A stretch of 63,815 nucleotides of DNA, the filler included, from Gemmatimonadota bacterium (GTDB taxonomy: Bacteria > 4572-55 > J002): the NCBI GenBank assembly GCA_003697105.1. It is 4 parts of 4 records of this genome, joined end to end, with 100 filler letters (N's around TTAATTAATTAA, not from the genome) between each part and the next. Parts side by side here need not be neighbours in the genome. Positions count along the whole stretch, not along the records: positions 60,122 to 63,815 come from RFFQ01000086.1; 3 more parts are not named here. One strand, written 5' to 3'. Both the position numbers and the translations under genes were made by a program. Position 1 is the first letter of the stretch. Every line of letters starts with the position of its first letter. This document shows positions 60,864-63,815 of the stretch, in pieces. A model generated the notes under the pieces. That model was not told the DNA's origin, searched no databases, and was given only the letters and a program-made list of their open reading frames with translations.

Positions 60864-62507
60864 CTACCGGACGTGAAACGGCTGATAGGTATCAATTTCG
60901 CCTAGCAGTCGTTTTGCGAACATTCGGATTTGCACTTCAATTGCCCGGCGATAGCTAATTGTATAGCGAAAGACGGGGTGGGTAATATCGGTATTCATTC
61001 GTTTTTCGTAGGCGGCGTAAACGGCTTTTCGTCCGGTCTCAGTTAGCAGACAACTCTGGTAAGGCGTCTGGATAAAATGGGTTGGTTTCAGCATCCCGTT
61101 ATTGATCAGAGTCAGGACGACGGAATCCACAATGATCGGGCGAAACTCTTCCATAATATCCAGTGCGAGGGCAGGTTTTCCATACCCCGGTTGATGAAGG
61201 TATCCCAGATAGGGGTCAAGTCCAACCGTGGAACATGCACTAAAGACATCTTGGGTAAGCAAACTGTACCCCAGGCTTAGCAACGCATTAACGGGGTCTG
61301 TCGGCGGACGGCGGTGCCGGGCTTCAAATTGGAAATCCAGAGGTGTTTTGATGAGTTTTCCAAACACACCAAAGTAAATCGCTGTGGCACTGCCTTCCAA
61401 ACCCAACAAGGATTCCAATTGCTCCACCTTGTCGATCTTGCGGATCCATTTTTTCAATTGATTTACGGCGTGTTGAATCTGATCATCGTTGCGGGTACGA
61501 TTCATCCGCATCAAAAACGTGCGCATATTTTTGATCTTTCCGGTGACGAATTGGCGGGCAAATGTCAGGGAGCAATCGGGGTCAAATGCGGCTTTAAATT
61601 GGGCGATCCGTATGCTCACATTTTTTGAGACCTCCGGTGTTAAACTACCGTAATAACGCCCATTGGAGGAGAGAAAGGTCACCGGGATATGGTGTTTCAA
61701 GCACCATTTCATGGCGGGTGTGGTCAGTGTCGCATTCGCGGCAACAACAATCTGATTTAAATTGACCAGTGGAATCTTTTCCAGAATGCTTTCAGCGGAT
61801 TTAACCAATATCTGGTCTGCTTGTTTGCCGATCAGCACCCCGGGGCGGTCCACATAAAGGGTGTGTCCCCAATCCAAGCGAGGTAGTACCTTAGCCGTCG
61901 TTGTGGTAGAAGCGGATGATTGCAGAGCGTTTGTTTCATGGGGCAGGCAGATGGGTTCTAGGCTGCAACTGCTGCACTTATTGGAATTCACCAACCGGGG
62001 CGGCATTTCACCGCTGGTACACAATGCCTGTGCCCGTTCAATTGCGCGTAAGGTTTCTTGCCGGAGCGTTGGGTTAAATTGAATTACGATCTTCTGATTC
62101 GTTTTGAAGTAGTATAAATAGCCAAACTCTAGTTCGATTTGATGATGTTCTTCCAATAACATGCCTTGGGCACACAGTTGAACTTTATCATTGAGCCAAT
62201 CGCCAGGCCGTCCTTTTTTGTATTCTAGCGGTCGAATTTGCCCCTGCTTATCTTCCACCACATCAATTTTGGCAATAATCCCCAGCCGCTCGGATGAGAG
62301 ATACAGGCTGCGGGTGGTCTCGACCCCCTTTTGGGTTGTGGTTCGATGGTCTTGGCGATCCACATGCTTATGCCTAATTTCACCTTCGATGGTGTGATGA
62401 TTGTGGACTTGAATCCCATCGATATGCTCGTACCAAAAGCGCCGGGGGCAATAGATGAGGGTGTTGAGTTTGGATACGGGAATCCACCGGTCTATTTTTT
62501 TGGACAT
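60864..62507 (-). CDS. cas1: Cas4-Cas1 fusion
   Basis: Cas4: YCPR, KIDVVE, EYKKG, QLCAQ, CSSCSLEPIC. Cas1: LLGLEG, RRPP.DPVNALLS.GY, G.LH, LALDIMEEFRP. Confidence 0.95.
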   Translation of the reverse strand: MSKKIDRWIPVSKLNTLIYCPRRFWYEHIDGIQVHNHHTIEGEIRHKHVDRQDHRTTTQKGVETTRSLYLSSERLGIIAKIDVVEDKQGQIRPLEYKKGRPGDWLNDKVQLCAQGMLLEEHHQIELEFGYLYYFKTNQKIVIQFNPTLRQETLRAIERAQALCTSGEMPPRLVNSNKCSSCSLEPICLPHETNALQSSASTTTTAKVLPRLDWGHTLYVDRPGVLIGKQADQILVKSAESILEKIPLVNLNQIVVAANATLTTPAMKWCLKHHIPVTFLSSNGRYYGSLTPEVSKNVSIRIAQFKAAFDPDCSLTFARQFVTGKIKNMRTFLMRMNRTRNDDQIQHAVNQLKKWIRKIDKVEQLESLLGLEGSATAIYFGVFGKLIKTPLDFQFEARHRRPPTDPVNALLSLGYSLLTQDVFSACSTVGLDPYLGYLHQPGYGKPALALDIMEEFRPIIVDSVVLTLINNGMLKPTHFIQTPYQSCLLTETGRKAVYAAYEKRMNTDITHPVFRYTISYRRAIEVQIRMFAKRLLGEIDTYQPFHVR

Positions 62508-63346
62508 TGGTTTATTCTCTCTGAATTTTCGTTGGGGGGAATCTCTGGAATCCGGCGAACTTGCCCCATTCCTTGAGTGGTTTTTGCTCCGATACCGGTG
62601 AAGAAGGCATAATTACCCATCAGATTCAAGCGGTGCCGGAATTCGGGGTCCGTTTCGGTGGTGGTCACGGTACAGATGCCTTGAAACCCGGTAAGTAATC
62701 CTTTGTACTGGAGTGCCGCTGTTTGTACCTGCGCGTGCAGGGTGACCGCGGCATCGAGGCGTCCCGCAAAGGTATCGAGGTCAATGGGGGGGAGGTTGCG
62801 GGCAAATATATTCCACTTTTTCGCCACATTGAGCAATAGGGCGCGGGCACTGTCTGGGTGGTCGATCCAACGGCTGCCGCGCTTGATCAGGGTCGGGCTT
62901 TCAAATTTTAAGATGAAGGTGGAGGCATTTTCTGCCTGCTCCCACAGTTTATGATACGGTTGGTAGATTGCCCACGGGGTGGCTTTATGAGGCGTCATCA
63001 GGACTTCACTCAGTAAAAACGGGACCCGCGCCAAATGGATCGTCAACCGGCTCCGGATCAGACTTTGAATCCAATACTGGTGCAGCTCATCGGCAAGGGT
63101 CGTGACACGGAACCAGTATTCATTACCCCCCCGCACCGAAATCCATTTGCCCGCTTTGCGAAAATCCCCGATCAACGGGGAGATGGTGAAGGGCTTGTAG
63201 GGCCGGTTTTCGTGCAACAGAGCGGATGTTTCCGGATCGATATGCTCGATCATCTTCAGAAATGCGCTATGAATCAATTTGCCGTTAGTGGCGGGCAGGC
63301 GGTCTGTCCGTTTGGCAATGAGTTTTATCACCGTTGAGGCGGGCAT
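62492..63346 (-). CDS. cas6: CRISPR pre-crRNA endoribonuclease Cas6
   Basis: LH....KPFTIS, F.SPT, GF.G, G-loop GIGAKTTQGMG. Confidence 0.93.
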   Translation of the reverse strand: MPASTVIKLIAKRTDRLPATNGKLIHSAFLKMIEHIDPETSALLHENRPYKPFTISPLIGDFRKAGKWISVRGGNEYWFRVTTLADELHQYWIQSLIRSRLTIHLARVPFLLSEVLMTPHKATPWAIYQPYHKLWEQAENASTFILKFESPTLIKRGSRWIDHPDSARALLLNVAKKWNIFARNLPPIDLDTFAGRLDAAVTLHAQVQTAALQYKGLLTGFQGICTVTTTETDPEFRHRLNLMGNYAFFTGIGAKTTQGMGQVRRIPEIPPNENSERINQCPKK

Positions 63347-63360
63347 AGCGTTTTACCTGT

Positions 63361-63813
63361 TCAGGGGTTGGGGTGTTGGGTGGTTTGGCGGTTAGATTCC
63401 CATTTTTCACGTAACTCTGCGTGAACGAGAAAGGCAGGTGTACCGATTACAAGCAGAAACGGTTCACGAGTTTTACCTTTTAAATCCACAAACAATCGGG
63501 TTGGATACACGTCAAACAGGTTAAGACAATACTGGAATTGCGCCCGATGGTGGAAATCCAAGATTAAGCAGGTGACATACTTTTGAGCAAACATATCAAC
63601 CAGATCAACATCAACAGATTCAAATGAATATTGCTTATTTATTTCTCTAAAGGCACAGACCCGTAAACCTGAGATCGCAATGGGTCGATTGGCATATTCT
63701 CTTAAAAAACCAGCCCGATCCAAATCTTGCGCATCATACTTGAACCCGATGTAATAAGACCGATCTTTGAATTCAAGGACTTCACAGTAAAAGTCTTGAT
63801 GGGGAACCCATTT
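63361..63813 (-). CDS. cas3: C-terminal fragment, probably type I-D Cas3' helicase
   Basis: Frame is open to the window edge (KWVPHQDFYCEVLEFKDRSYYIGFKYDAQDLDRAGF...). The tail FLLVIGTPAFLVHAEL resembles recalled I-D Cas3' C-termini, and the gene lies directly before cas6. Confidence 0.5.
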   Translation of the reverse strand, partial: KWVPHQDFYCEVLEFKDRSYYIGFKYDAQDLDRAGFLREYANRPIAISGLRVCAFREINKQYSFESVDVDLVDMFAQKYVTCLILDFHHRAQFQYCLNLFDVYPTRLFVDLKGKTREPFLLVIGTPAFLVHAELREKWESNRQTTQHPNP

Positions 63814-63815
63814 AC

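Overview
Bacterial draft-genome sequence. Three 100-bp artificial spacers (N44-TTAATTAATTAA-N44 at 24573-24672, 40573-40672 and 60022-60121) split it into four segments, so adjacency across them is not proven. A secreted protease ending in an 'NYPNPFNP' C-terminal domain, a PlpD-like Omp85 protein and lipoproteins point to a diderm, probably FCB-group or candidate-phylum organism (inference). Most of the window is housekeeping or metabolic: dnaJ-rsmE(frameshifted)-recA-recX, eukaryote-type citrate synthase, icd, tRNA-Gln(CTG), ftsE, M1 aminopeptidase, mutL, a speD-speE fusion with speB, katG and prpD. It also holds signalling genes, a large cohesin/Ig-like surface protein, and the end of a probable type I-D CRISPR-Cas locus (cas3' C-terminus, cas6, cas4-cas1 fusion, cas2, leader, 3 repeats). 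The best candidate for an undescribed system is a self-contained five-gene operon (4255-9024, minus strand) with its own promoter, internal hairpin and terminator. It encodes one soluble hybrid-motif/KOW-like protein and four membrane proteins that appear to form two pseudo-symmetric pairs. Other notable items are a 53-unit 'two-bit' hexamer array in a coding region, heptamer repeats inside mutL, a ~130-nt rod-shaped RNA candidate and a circularly permuted ATP-grasp enzyme. All family assignments come from motif recognition by eye; no searches were run.
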